Shown in pieces: positions 13,296-26,373 of a stretch of DNA of 64,000 nt. Numbering within the stretch: the first letter of the stretch is position 1; each line of letters starts with the position of its first letter. A program made the position numbers and the translations under genes. The DNA is from Mytilus trossulus (lineage: Eukaryota): contig NC_086386.1 in the NCBI RefSeq assembly GCF_036588685.1, positions 40,796,001 through 40,860,000 of the forward strand, read 5' to 3'. Below the pieces are notes generated by a model that made no database searches, was not told where the DNA came from, and saw nothing but the letters and a program-made list of their open reading frames with translations.

Positions 13296-13882
13296 GGAGG
13301 CTCGTGGGTACAAAAAATATCAGCAAATATTTAAACATTTTTTCTTCATAACAAATTTTATTCATTACATTATTAGTAGGAACATTATGATATGGTTCAA
13401 AAATCAACCCAAAAAATCAAGGCGTTTTAGCCCCAAATGATTTTTTTCAAATTTTGATATCATTGAAAAAGCTCCAAATTTCTCCCTTTGGTGAAAAAAT
13501 GATATTTTTTGGCATTAAAATTGAAATATCTTTTTAAACTCATCGGTGACCTATATTTTTTATTATTTTTTTCAAATAAGCTGCACTTAAACTAAACAAT
13601 TGTAAAAAACTAAACAATTGTAAAATTTAAGCAATTTCCTATATAAGGTTCTTTTTTTATTTCGATTTTACCTTTTTTTCTCCTATTAGTTCAACAGAAA
13701 AAAAGTACCTAAACAAAAATGCGAGCTTTTTTTTTTTTTATGGCCGATTGTTAGCATAAAAGAACGGTGACCCCATATTTTTATTTAATTTTTCTATTAG
13801 GTATAGGATAAAGTTTATTTAGAGAAAAATATAGCGAAATCCTATATTAGAAAAAAAAATGGATTTATACCCAGGAGCTCCC
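13296..13882. mobile_element. TTAA-type MITE (Kolobok-like), older copy
   Basis: TIR GGAGGCTCGTGGGTA / TACCCAGGAGCTCCC, flanks TGAA/TCAA; body is the reverse complement of 53684-54246. Confidence 0.8.
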
Positions 13883-14869
13883 TCAAGGTAGATATGTTGT
13901 AATTATACTAGTTGACGATATTAAATCGTCATATAAAAAATTATTTCGATTCTAATAGGATAAATTAGGTTACTTGTATTTTGTTAACATTGAAAGTTCT
14001 ATACATACGAGACTGTTTTTGCTGTTCCGTTTTACCCATTTTTTTTATAATATTAGTAATACTATATAATTCAATGATTATTCTTTTTTTATTGCATTAT
14101 TTACTTGTATCTTTCTTTCAATGTAATTTTATTCGATCTAAGGCGTGCGAAGAAGCTTTAAAACGCTCAGTATTTACATTTGATCTTTTGTTTACGGAAA
14201 GATACTTGTGACGTGAACTTGTTTCATTGCCATGCTAACTAAGACAAAAACATCATTTAGCTGAATTTTCGTTTTATGAAATTTTTCCATAAAAAAATCA
14301 ATTGAAACGGACTGATTTGGGTTTTTTTTCTGTAAAAATAGAGATAAATATATTACATCTGAATCTTGGCCTACGACAACTGGGGGTTTTGATGAAGAAA
14401 AAAACTTGAGAATATCTGGAAGTATAAATCAGTTGGCGGTAACGCAGAACAACCGTTTTGTGTATTACTGCGTTTGTGCTAAATGTAGATATATTGTAAT
14501 TATACTGGTTGACAATGATAGGTCGTCATATTAAAATTTAATACGTTTTTATCAAAGTTTAAGGAAGATCAAACTAAAGGTCTTTTCTCAATATTAGAAT
14601 AATAAAAGCTCTTCTGAAAATTTGTCTATAATAAGTATGCAATCCGATAATTTAGATAAAACAGATGCAAAATCATTAACAAGGTAATTATAACAAATTG
14701 TTACATGTTTTGCTGATTTAGTTTGGTACCTTTGATAACTATTACCATGTCGAAATGTAAATTTCTGTATTACTCTGTCCTAAATTTTCTCCCATTTAGT
14801 TGTACTGTAGTCATGGTAGTCCTGGCATGTAATGTTGTATTTTTAGTGTTATATTTAACCTTACCATAA

Positions 14870-15140
14870 AAGCGGAAGTTTTGGCTAGCCACAATAACAG
14901 GTTCAACCCACCATGTTTTCTTTAAAAAGTCCTGTACCAAGTCAGGAAAATGGCAGTTGTTATTTTTATGTTCGTGTCTGTGTATGGTACATTGCCGTTT
15001 GGTTTTTTGTTGCACTACAGTGTCTCTGTTGTTTCTTTGTTTTCCACTTATAGTTAAGGTGTTTCCATCAGTTTTAGTTTGTAAACTTGTTTTGTTTTCA
15101 TGACTTTCGAACAGCGGTATACTTCTGCTGCCTTTATTTG
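14870..15140 (+). repeat. SINE-like repeat with CCTGTACCAAGTCAGGA core (also at about 23092, 35600-35740, 37640, 50410-50580)
   Basis: Recurrent GGTT.AACCC..CCTGTACCAAGTCAGGAA.A.GGCAGTTGTT motif. Confidence 0.6.
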
Positions 15141-16089
15141 GAATAAATTCTCTAAAAATGACAACATGTAAATTCTTTTGCCTCTGGTAACAAATATGAT
15201 GTTTTTAATGCAACAACCCATAATAATTATGAATTAATTATAGACATAAACAAAATAATTATAAATGCGCGACAACTAAGATGCTAGAAAATAAGCGTAC
15301 TAATGGTTTCACATGCAGTCGTCAACCAGAAGAACATCAAACACGGTGTTTGTCTTTTTTGATTTTTTGGCCCTAACGATGACAGTTTTTTTCAATCAAT
15401 GAGTTTGACTGTCCTCCTGGTATCTGTCTCCCCTCTTTAAAATCAAATTTTTAGTTCTTTATACTTCAATTTCCATGATATAGCGTGACATATCTTATGG
15501 TTTTATCATTGTTATAGAAGACCTCCACAGTGTATTAGTGACGAATTTACTCAATGAAGGAATAAAAAAACAATCCACTTTTGAAATAAACTAGAATTAT
15601 GCTGAAGGCATCAAAATCCCCACTATGTTTTTACTTTCTAACTTTCTATAAACTTTTAAGCCTTAACGTTTACCCACACATGTATTTCTATTCAAGATGC
15701 CTACGATATGTTGTTTTATCGTCCATTTGTCTTGTTCATTATGATAATTGCAATGTACCAAACCAAACCACCCGCAGAAATAAAAAAAACAAAAAACAGA
15801 CACAGTACAAACAAAACAAAGTAGCAAACAAAAAGAAAATATATAGATGAATACAATACACGTGTCAGTGCCTTTGTTTGATATTTTATACTAAAATTAG
15901 TATTGTGTAATTGCATCAATTTTGTGATTTGAAAAATTATCAAGAAAAACCAAGGTTATATCTCTGGTTGAACGGTTCCTCGTCAATTTGTGGAACTTTC
16001 TACTGAAGTCCTTGATTGGAACATAAACTTTTACGTGATAAGATAACCGAGTTTCGTCGTTAAATATCGCAATAAGTAGTGTCGTAGAC

Positions 16090-17545
16090 ATGAGCATACT
16101 GTTTTGTATTTTAATATTCTTTGTTGGAGTACATGGCAAAGAATGTTCAAATACAGATTTGGAATCCAGACTTGATCATATGGAACAATCTATGAATAAC
16201 CGAATTCTAACGTTAGAGGCAGCTGTTGTTGACCAGAAGAATGAAAATGTCGAATTGAAACGGATAATTACTTATCAATCGAAGAAAATAACCAAACTGA
16301 CTCAGAACACGAGTACCAAGAAACGAGGTATGTGGTCAGGGAAATTATTACTTTACAACCTGAAATTAACCATGTGAATAAAAGGGTAAAAACGCAACTC
16401 AGAGTAGAAAAATAAAAATTGCATAGAACTAATTTTCTGGTAGAAATTTTATCTAAATAAATTTATTAATATCTGAATTGACAATATCCAATAGGTTTCG
16501 TTGAAAGTGGTACTTAGTATGACTTAATTGCTCATGTCGTTTTCTTAAATGTTATAATGTCTGAATCAGCTTCACTATCATGGAAATATGAAAGTTATCA
16601 ATGAACAGATACACGTATTAGACACTACAAGATGTGCAATAAACCTGCTAGTTAAAAATAACCAACTGAACAACCCAAAATAACACCAACCAACGAATCC
16701 TTTTATCTTAAAATATATATGTTTCTCTATGTATAATGAATGGCTGAGATGGTGGTAAAATAAATTGTTAACCCAAGAACAAATTGTCAATCGAGTCAAA
16801 GCAAGGACTTGTATCCCGAGAATAAGAAATAATTACACAATTTAAAATGAAAATAAAAACTGTGTTTTCTAAATCATGGTGAAGTGCTTGAGAAAACCGC
16901 CAACGTTTGCCAAAAAAACTTGGTATCCTTGTTAAAACACATCACACCACAAGCGTGGTTTGAACTAACATCTTTACAGTTGAAAGGTTATTTATCGTTC
17001 CATGAAATTATACATGTTTTTAAAACCAATTATCTGATGCCTGTATATCTTGCTAAGTATATCTTACATGGAATATTTAATTACATACTTTTTTTTAGGA
17101 AAGAGACTTTTGATGAGCAAATCCAGACCAAGGAGACCATATCGCCTTTTATGCCTCCATGAGTACAAGTGAACCAGTACAAAAGCACAGAACCCTTGTG
17201 TTCGATAATATCAATGTGAACTATGGTCACGGCTATAACAATAATACTGGAGTTTTCAATGCACCAAAAAGTGGTGTGTACATCCTAACATTTTCTATTC
17301 ATTCGAGTTCGACGAGCTACACAAGTGCCGACATTATTGTAAATAATGTAAGTGTTGGAAGAGGTTTCACTGATAGTTCAGAAGCCACTTGGGATTTAAA
17401 TTCTGCGACCATAATTGCAGTTGCTTGGATGAATCAAGGAGATGTCAGTTTCGTTAGAACCAGTCCTGATTATGCTTCACTTGGTACATTATATAGTGGT
17501 TATATGGCTAGGTCTAGTTTTGCAGGATGGAAAATTACAAATTAG
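16090..17545 (+). pseudogene. C1q-domain-containing gene 2, +1 frameshift at start of exon 2 as assembled (pseudogene, null allele or assembly error)
   Basis: Exon 1 16090-16327 (signal peptide + coiled coil), acceptor AG 17097-17098. GKRLLMS is one base out of frame with NPDQGDHIAFYASMS..C1q domain (stop 17545) because of an extra A in AAA at 17119-17121. Confidence 0.75.
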
Positions 17546-17610
17546 ATAATCAACTATTCCATTATGGAATTTAAAAGGTTCTTAAAACTAAAACACTATT
17601 TTTTCTTCTT

Positions 17611-19905
17611 TTTTAGCTCACCTGGCCCAAAGGGCCAAGTGAGCTTTGCCCATCACTTGGCGTCCGGCGTCCATCGTCGTCCGTCGTCGTTGTTAACTTT
17701 TACATAAATCTTCTCCTCTGAAACTACCGGGCCAAAATAAACCAAACTTGGCCACAATCATCATTGGGGTATCTAGTTTAACAAATGTGTTCGGTGACCC
17801 GGTTAACCAACCAAGATGGCTGCCATGGCTAAAAATAGAACATAGGGGTAAAATGCAGTTTTTGGCTTATAACTCAAAAACCAAAGCATTTAGAGCAAAT
17901 CTGACGGGGTAAAATTGTTCATCAGGTCAAGATCTATCTGCCCTGAAATTTTCAAATGAATCGGACAACCAGTTGTTGGGTTGCTGCCCCTGAATTGGTA
18001 ATTTTAAGGAAATTTTGCTGTTTTTGGTTATTATCTTGAATATTATTATAGATAGAGGTAAACTGTAAACAGCAATAATGTACAGCAAAGTAAGATCTAC
18101 ATTTAAGTCAAACTGAAAATGGTCAGTTGACCCCTTAAGGAGTTATTGCCCTTTATAGCCAATTTTTAACCATTTTTCGTAAATCTTAGTAATCTTTTAC
18201 AAAAATCTTCTCCTCTGAAACTACTCGGCCAAATCAATCCAAACTTGGCCACAATCATCATTGGGGTATCTAGTTTAAAAAATGCGTTCGGTGACCCGGT
18301 CAACCAACCAAGATGGCCGCCATGGCTAAAAATAGAACATAGGGGTAAAATGCAGTTTTTGGCTTATAACTCAAAAACCAAAGCATTTAGAGCAAATCTG
18401 ACGGAGGTAAAATTGTTCATCAGGTCAAGATCTATCTGCCCTGAAATTTTCAGATGAATTAGACGACCCTTTGTTGGGTTGCTGCCCCTGAATTGGTAAT
18501 TTTATGGAAATTTTACTGTTTTGGTTTATTATCTTGAATATTATTATAGATAGAGATAAACTGTAAACAGCAATAATGTTCAGCAAAGTAAGATTTACAA
18601 ATAAGTCAACATGATCGAAATGAGCAGATGACCGCTTTAGGAGTTATTGCCCTTTATAGTCAATTTTTAACAATTTTTCGTAAATCTTAGTAATCTTTAA
18701 AAAAAATCTTCTCCTCTGAAACTACTGTGTAAAATTAATCCAAACTTGGCCACAATTATAATTGGGGTATCTAGTTTAAAAAATGTGTTCGGTGACCTGG
18801 TCAACCAACCAAGATGGCCGCCATGGCTAAAAATAGAACATAGTAGTAAAATGCAGTTGTTGGCTTATAACTCAAAACCCAAAGCATTTAGAGCAAATCT
18901 GACAGTGTTAAATTGTTCATCAGGTCAAGATCTATCTGCCCTTAAATTTTCAGATATATCGGACAACCCGTTGTTTGGTTGCTGCTCCTGAATTGGTAAT
19001 TTTATGGAAATTTTACTGTTTTGGGTTATTATCTTGAATACTATTATAGATAGAGATAAACTGTAAACAGCAATAATGTTCAGCAAAGTAAGATTTACAA
19101 ATAAGTCAAATGACCGAAATGGTCAGTTGACCCCTTTAGGAGTGATTTCCCTTTATAGTCAATTTTTAACCATTTTTCGTAAATCTTAGTAATCTTTTAC
19201 AAAAAATTTTCTCCTTTGAAACAACTGGGCCAAATTAATTAAAACTTGGCCACAATCATTTTTGGGGTATTTAGTTTAAAAAATGTGTCCTGTGACCTGG
19301 CAATCCAACCAAGATGGCCGCCACGGCTAAAAATAGAACATTGGGGTAAAATGCAGTTTTTGGCTTATAACTAAAAAACCAAAGCATTTAGAGCAAATCT
19401 GACGGGGTAAAATTGTTTACCAGGTCAAGATCTATCTGCCCCTAAATTTTCAGATGAATTGGACAACCCGTTGTTGGGTTGCTGCCCCTAAATTGGTAAT
19501 TTTAAGGAAATTTTGCTGTTTTTGGTTATTATCTTGAATACTATTATAGATAGTGATAACCTGTAAACAGCAATAATGTTCAGAAAAGTAAGATTTACAA
19601 ATAAGTTTTACATGACTGAAATGATCAATTGACCCCCTAAGGAGTTATTGTCCTTTATAGTCAATTTTTAACAATTTTCATAAAAATTGTTAATTTTTAC
19701 TAGCCTTTTCCACTCAAACTACTGGGCCAAGTTCATTATAGATAAAGATAATTGTAAGCAGCAAGAATGTTCAGTAAAGTAAGATGTACAAACACATCAC
19801 CATCACCAAAACACAATTGTGTCATGAATCTATCTGCTTCTTTTGTTTAATATTCACATATATATACCAAGGTGAGCGACACAGGCTCTTTAGAGCCTCT
19901 AGTTT
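17611..19905 (+). mobile_element. Non-autonomous Helentron-like (HINE/DINE-type) element with 4 x ~498-bp internal repeats
   Basis: T-rich ends, subterminal inverted repeat GCTCACCT / AGGTGAGC, 5' palindrome, (CGTC)n-like microsatellite, 3' hairpin AGGCTCTTTAGAGCCT then CTAGTTT; units start at about 17706, 18203, 18703, 19202. Confidence 0.85.
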
Positions 19906-21340
19906 CATTTAGTTATGTTGTTTATGTCGTTAGTGCTTTATAACACTTAGATTAATGTATATACCTCGGAGGGTAGATACAGATACAGATGCTAACGGCA
20001 TTTTTCTAAACGATATCATTCCTAGTTTCGCCTGGGTACAAGGAACGATTAGCGATACATATGTATTTTCTTTTCATTTCATCCGTGTCAATGTAAACAA
20101 TTAGCAAACCAAAAAAAATCAAATGACCAAGTTTTTTGTCATCCAGACTTTATCATCTTATCTTATTTTATGTCACTGCTTCTAATGGAATACGCCAAAA
20201 TTCATGTTCAAACTTTGAGTAGTAAATTAGACATTTGCAATGATTTTTGTACATATGCAAAGGGTTTGTAGCATTCTAAATAAAATTGAGAATGGAAATG
20301 GAGAATATGTCAAAGAGACAACAACCCGACCAAATAAAAAAACAACAGCAGAAGGTCACCAACAGGTCTTCAATGTAGCAAGAAATTCTCGCACCCGGAG
20401 GCGTCCTTCAGCTTAAAAACTTGATCATGAATTTCAATTTGTAAACGGTTTTACAGCACATTCTTGAATTGACGAATCATGATGGCAAATGTCGATGAGT
20501 GTTTATTAAAAGTTACAGAAAAAGTAAAATCACAAAAATACTAAACTCCGAGGAAAGTTAAATAAAAAAATCTCTAAATCACATAGCAACATCAATTGAC
20601 TAACACATAAAAACGAATGAACAAGAACTGTCACAAATCAATTCCGTTATCTCCGTATTTCATATGATGATTCTGTTTTTTATGTTCCCCATATATGAAA
20701 TTCAGACATCGAGTGTTACTCGAAGTCTTGACTGTCCGTCAATCCGTTCGTCCTATGGTTATGCCGCATTTGTAACTAGCACCAACTGCAAAGCTTGAGC
20801 GGAACATTTATGTCATCGGACATATTCTTTAATAAGTTATTAACTACGACATATATACCAAGCACAAATCTCTCAGATTCCATCTTTGTAAAACGTTTAT
20901 CACGAAATGTTAACGTATCAGGTAAAGATATTGAGGAAAAAAATATTTATGTCGGAATTTACCATTGCCACAGGTTACTTGAATTATGATACTTACTGCA
21001 GGATTTTTTAAGATGGTCCATCTTTCTAGTTAGTTGGTTGTAGTGTTGGCGTTCTAGTCGTTTAGTACATGTATATATGTGTTTTGGAACTCTCTGTGTC
21101 AAATAGTCTGTAATGTTTTGGATTTTTGTCTTATTTTATTTCATCGTAAAAGTTCTAACACATATAATTGTGTATGCTTAACCTGATTGTCATGTAATTC
21201 AAGAAGATAATACCGATTTTGTTATCCAGTGATTTCAACACTTGTTGAGAGTGGGTTTGGTAAGATAAAGTTTGTGAGACACTTTAACAGTCTTATCATG
21301 GTTTATTTAGTACACTTTAAATTGCACCTGAGTGGTAGAG

Positions 21341-22767
21341 ATGTACAAGTGTTATTATTTGGTGCTTGTGTATTTCATTGTCGTAACAGCGGCAGATGAA
21401 AAAATAAACCAAAAACGCTTTCTAAAAATTGAAATACTTTTAAACGAACAGAGAGATGAAATTGAACGACTAACAAATGAAGGTGAAGAAATGAAACGAA
21501 CACTAAATATTCAGGGAAGGGAAATGATGCATTTAAAAAAAGCAATGGGGGACGTGATGGACGAAAACAAACACTTAATCAAGTTGTTGAACTCTGAATC
21601 CAAAGCTCGTTTGGTTGATGGAAAAGATAAATTGATGAGGCCAAAAGAAAGAGATATTTTCAATCATACAGGTAAATATATCTAACAAATTGTCAAAAAA
21701 TGTGGCGCAGAAAATAAGCTACACGAACAAATACCTTCGTTATTCATAACCTATAACTTTACTGTCATTTGACACACGAAGTTTGTCCGTTATTCGTGTT
21801 CATTTAAATAATATGCCATTAGGAATTGTCCATTAATCTGATGGAATTTGTAGGTGCGAACAATTAAAATGAGGATAATGCTGAATAAAGAATTATGTTA
21901 TATGTCGAAGATATTGTATATAGGATTTTGTAAAAGGACTGCAGCGACTCTTCGCTGTTTAAGTATCAATCAAGTATACCATTTAATTTAAAGTCGTCAA
22001 ATTATAACACTCATAACACTGATAGGCTTTTTAACATTTTATCCCAAAAATATGCAGTTCAATGGGGAAAAAAACCAACCCAACAACATAAGGATATTTA
22101 AGGAGTGTTTACATATTCAACTAATAAGAAATTCTTAAAGCTTATTGGTAGGTCAGCAAAATGAGTAATGACAGAAACGAAGGAACTACATACCAAAATA
22201 AATTTAATATGTATAAAAAAAGCGGATAACAGACGTACTTCAGTGAAGTAAATATATATATAAGATTTTAGTCTTGTTTAATATTTCATAAACTTTCGTC
22301 TTATAGAACGTATCTTCTTTTCAGAAAGAAGACTATTAGTGAATAGTGGAGATCACGGAGATCGTGTGGCATTTTATGCATTTATGAGTAACAATGAAGC
22401 AATTCTGAAACACCATACTCTGATTTTCGATGAGACAAAAGTAAATTACGGTAGTGGTTATAACAATAATACGGGAACATTTAGGGCACCTGTCAGTGGC
22501 GTGTATGTCATTACAACTACAATACATCCATACGAAAAAAGCGCAGCATCCATTGAAATTATAGTCAACAGCAACGTCCATGGTTCAATATTTACGGATA
22601 GTTCTGATGGTTGGGACATAAACGCTTCCACCGGTATTGTTATAGCATGGATGAACCAAGGAGACGTTAGTTTTGTAAGAACCAGTGCTAGTTACAACTC
22701 ATATGGAAGTCTTTACAGCGGCACCATACTTAGGTGCAGTTTTGCTGGATGGAAAATTTCAGATTAA
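21341..22767 (+). CDS. Secreted C1q-domain-containing protein 3
   Basis: Exon 1 21341-21671 (MYKCYYLVLVYFIVVTAA + coiled coil), phase-1 intron, exon 2 22325-22767 (ERRLL..VAFYA..LIFDE..NYGSGYNNNTGTFRAPVSGVYV..MNQGDVSFV..SFAGWKI). Confidence 0.92.
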
Positions 22768-23404
22768 ATGTGAAATCATATTTTCTCAATAAAAAACATC
22801 TAATTACATATTTCAGATTCAATTGTTTTATATTTTCTCCAAAAGCTATCGTAATCGAAGATTTATTATAAGTTATTAATGAAATACTATATTTGCAAGT
22901 CTTAATTTGCATTTATTAAATGCATTTGCAACTTAAAGAACTAAACAGCAGCCTGTATCTTAATAAATGAAAGAGAAAATACCTCCTTCATTTGTGATTA
23001 TTCAATGTGAAAACATTTTTTTTTACTTTAGCCAAAAGAGATCCCCTTTTTTCCTGTTCATCACATCATACCTGAATTTAGATCTTGTCATTACCAAGTC
23101 AGGAATATGGCAGTTGTTGTCCATTCGTTTGATGTGTTTGAGCTTATCATTTTACCATTTGATGAGGGACTCTCCATTTTGAATTTTCTTCAAAGTTAAA
23201 TATCGTTGTTATTTTACTTTATCTGAAGCCCCCCTTTTTTTTGGCTTCAGGCGTTTTCCATTCGGGCTATACATTATCCATAGAACATGATATACGTAGG
23301 AGGTTCATATATCAACTATTTTGATGTCTTTATTTATTTTGGTCATATGAAAATATTTGGTCAGTGTCACAAAATGGTGCCCATTATTTGTTATTTGTAG
23401 TACT

Positions 23405-25285
23405 GAATATATTGCCTAATTAGTATATATTTATTAATACTCTCAATGTGTCGATACAAGAAAACTAACTGCAGATGGTATTGAATATGAATGAGACATT
23501 ATCTGCAAGAAAGGTTTTATTCCAATTACACCGACTCTGTACTGCCGTCCTTGGAAGGAATATGCGATTTATGTAACACATTTTGTTATGTAACGATTCC
23601 TATCTACCTTGCTTTAAATCTTCAAAGGTATGACAATATTGATTTGTCTTCTTTTGTCCTTTTCCGACTGAATGGCCATGAATTTGCTAATGTGGATTGG
23701 AAACTTAAAATGAAAGGCATGGGACAAGCAGTGAATAACCGCATTTAGAATTTAAAAGCAACAATAGATGACCAAAAGACACAAAATTCTGACCTTAAAC
23801 ATCTTTTCATTTAAAAGTAAATTGAATGAGTAATCGCTGTCGCTAGAACACAGAGATATATTATAGATAAAGTAGGACAAATTATTAGCAGAAAAGGCAG
23901 ATTGTCGAGCTTTAAAAAAAAACAGAAAACCGACTTCAAAGCAAAACTTAATACTACGTAGCTTATTCAAAGTGGTAAAATAGAGAAAAATTTAAATCCA
24001 GTGTCACTTTCCATATATGAAGTTTATCTTCCGGATAAAAAAAAACGAATCAAGAAAAATGTCTAACTTAAAAAGAAAAGTAATTTGAAAACAGATACAC
24101 ATGCATTAACAAATGATTTGCTTGGCATACGTCAACAAGACAGCATAATCTAACAAATGACCAAAGAGAGACCTTTCCGTTTTGAGTACCCAGACCTGCA
24201 CATATTAGTCAATAATGAAATTCAAAGACGTGGTTATAGTGATGGGACTTACGAACCATGGAAACTGAATTTGTCAAACATATTCGCAGTTGCATAGATG
24301 AAACCTTCGTCAGAACATGTTCGGATTATGATTCAGTTGGTACACTTTACATCGGAAAAGCTGCAATATCTACCTTTGCAGTATGGAAAATTTCAGCCAA
24401 AATAAGTTCAATCACAATGACAACAAAAATATATTAGTTTAACTATTATAGTGCCTTTCTCAGTATACTAGTAGTTCCATAAGAAAAAGAAATACAGAAA
24501 GAAAACTTCGGTTAAAATTGTTCAATTTTTCTGGATTTATTTCTTTCCGTCATCTGGTGTTGTAGGGGATTAACCTCAAGTTTTAGACAAGACAGAATAT
24601 TATTTTAATTAATTGCTGCACTATTCATTGAATAGCTATTTGATAACAATTTATTTGTTATGCTCTCATATTTCAAAATTGCAATGGTAATCATTTCGCT
24701 GAATAAATAATTAGAATTATATTAACTCGAGATAATTTGAAAAAATGACTACTTATTGAACCATGCTTCTAAAAAGAAAAGCAATTTATTTACTTAAAAA
24801 GCCATGAAAACAAACATACGTGTAGCCTGTTCGATTATGTGTTCTTTAAATTAGTAATGGTCACCATGTAGATAAGATTTTTTCTGTCTTTAGGTCATTT
24901 ATTGTTGCTTTCGAACTCAAAAACTGCAATTATTCACTGCTTGTTCCATGTCTTCAATTTCGGTTTCCCAATCCACATTAGCAAATTCATATCCATTTAG
25001 TCCAAAAAGGGACAAAAGAAGACCAAACAAAAGTTTCATACCTTTGAAGTTTTAAAGCAATGTAGATATACATCGTTATAAACGATATTTGTTATACAAA
25101 TTGCATATTCCTTTCAAGGACGACAGTAGTCTGTGAAATTGGAATCAAACCTTACTTGCAAAGACAATACATATTTTATGGGTATATATATAACAATGTT
25201 TTCGATAATGTCTCATTCATTTTCAATAGGGTCTGCATATTAATTTCTAAACTGGGAGGGTGATTGAAATAAAGGCAATTTATTT
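23405..25285. repeat. Diverged inverted duplication (arms about 23405-23795 and 24870-25285)
   Basis: Colinear reverse-complement blocks such as TGAATGAGACATTATC, CTTCAAAGGTATGA, ATGAATTTGCTAATGTGGATTGG, CAAGCAGTGAATAA, AAAGCAACAATA. Confidence 0.85.
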
Positions 25286-25340
25286 TTCATGGGAAGCACA
25301 TTTTTGGCAGAACTAATAACTTCCCACACTGTAACTTCTT

Positions 25341-26052
25341 AAAACTAGAGGCTCTCAAGAGCCTGTATCGCTTACTTGACTCTACTTGGGTTTTTGAAAA
25401 AGATAAAATCATCACAGGTACTTAAATAATGATTGAGGCCAAATTTGGTTTAATATTGCATTCCATTCTATGGTTCTCTAAAAAGAAGATTTCCTTAGGT
25501 TAATCTTAGTCCCCCGCTGGCGGCTATCTTAGATGATGGATCGGGTACAAAGTAACAACACTTGGTCAGCACATCATAAGGAACATTTATGCTTTGTTTG
25601 GTTTCATTCCATTCAGTGGTTCTCAAAAAGGCATTTGTATGTATTTCCCATAGGGTACTATATTAAACTAAGTCCCGCTGGCAGCCATCTTGGATGATGG
25701 ATCGGCTACAAAGTAACAACACTTGGTCAGCACCTCATAAGGAACATTCATGCTATGTATGGTTTCATTCCATTCAGTGGTTCTCTAAATGAAGACATTT
25801 GTATGTATTTCCCATAGGGTCCTATGTTAAACTAAGTCCCATGCTTGAAGTCATCTTGGATGATGGATCGACTACAAAGTAAAAACATTTGGTCAACAGC
25901 TCATAAGGATCATTTATGCCATGTTTGTTTTTTTTCCATTCAGTGGTTCTCTAGAAGAAGTTCAAAATGTAAAAAGTTAAAGACGAGGAGGGACGACTGA
26001 CGCCAATTGATGAGAAAAGCTAACTTTGCCCTTCTGGCCAGATGAGGTAAAA
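25341..26052 (-). mobile_element. Helentron-like element with ~3.5 x 161-166-bp internal repeats
   Basis: Termini related to the 17.6-kb family in reverse orientation (AAAACTAGAGGCTCTCAAGAGCCTG.. and ..GGCCAGATGAGGTAAAA); TTGGTCA unit markers at about 25562, 25723, 25889. Confidence 0.8.
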
Positions 26053-26373
26053 TTGGAAGTTATTTTATTGTATGACATTACTGATTGCAAAATGTAGTAC
26101 AAGCTGGCGCTTCCACTCTAACATCTTTTGATTTGTAATATAGATATCTTTAGAGCAAACACATGAAACCATGACACAAATGAAAATCTATGATGACACC
26201 TTTATAACTCATCTCTTTTTAAGATGCCTGCTGAGAATCAGTGAAAGATCAACCATTTTTTAGATCATCATTGTTGAAATGCACGTTTTACTGCAATCAC
26301 TTTGGTAGATTATAAGAGTTGATATAAAAGTAATCTAATTCATTAAATAATGTCAATTTTATTGAGTATGAAT

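Noticed and set aside
18245-18991. Repeated 64-107 aa ORFs [10 protein letters not shown].. (also 59517-60844)
   Set aside because: By-products of the ~500-bp repeat; non-ATG starts and inconsistent frames between copies.
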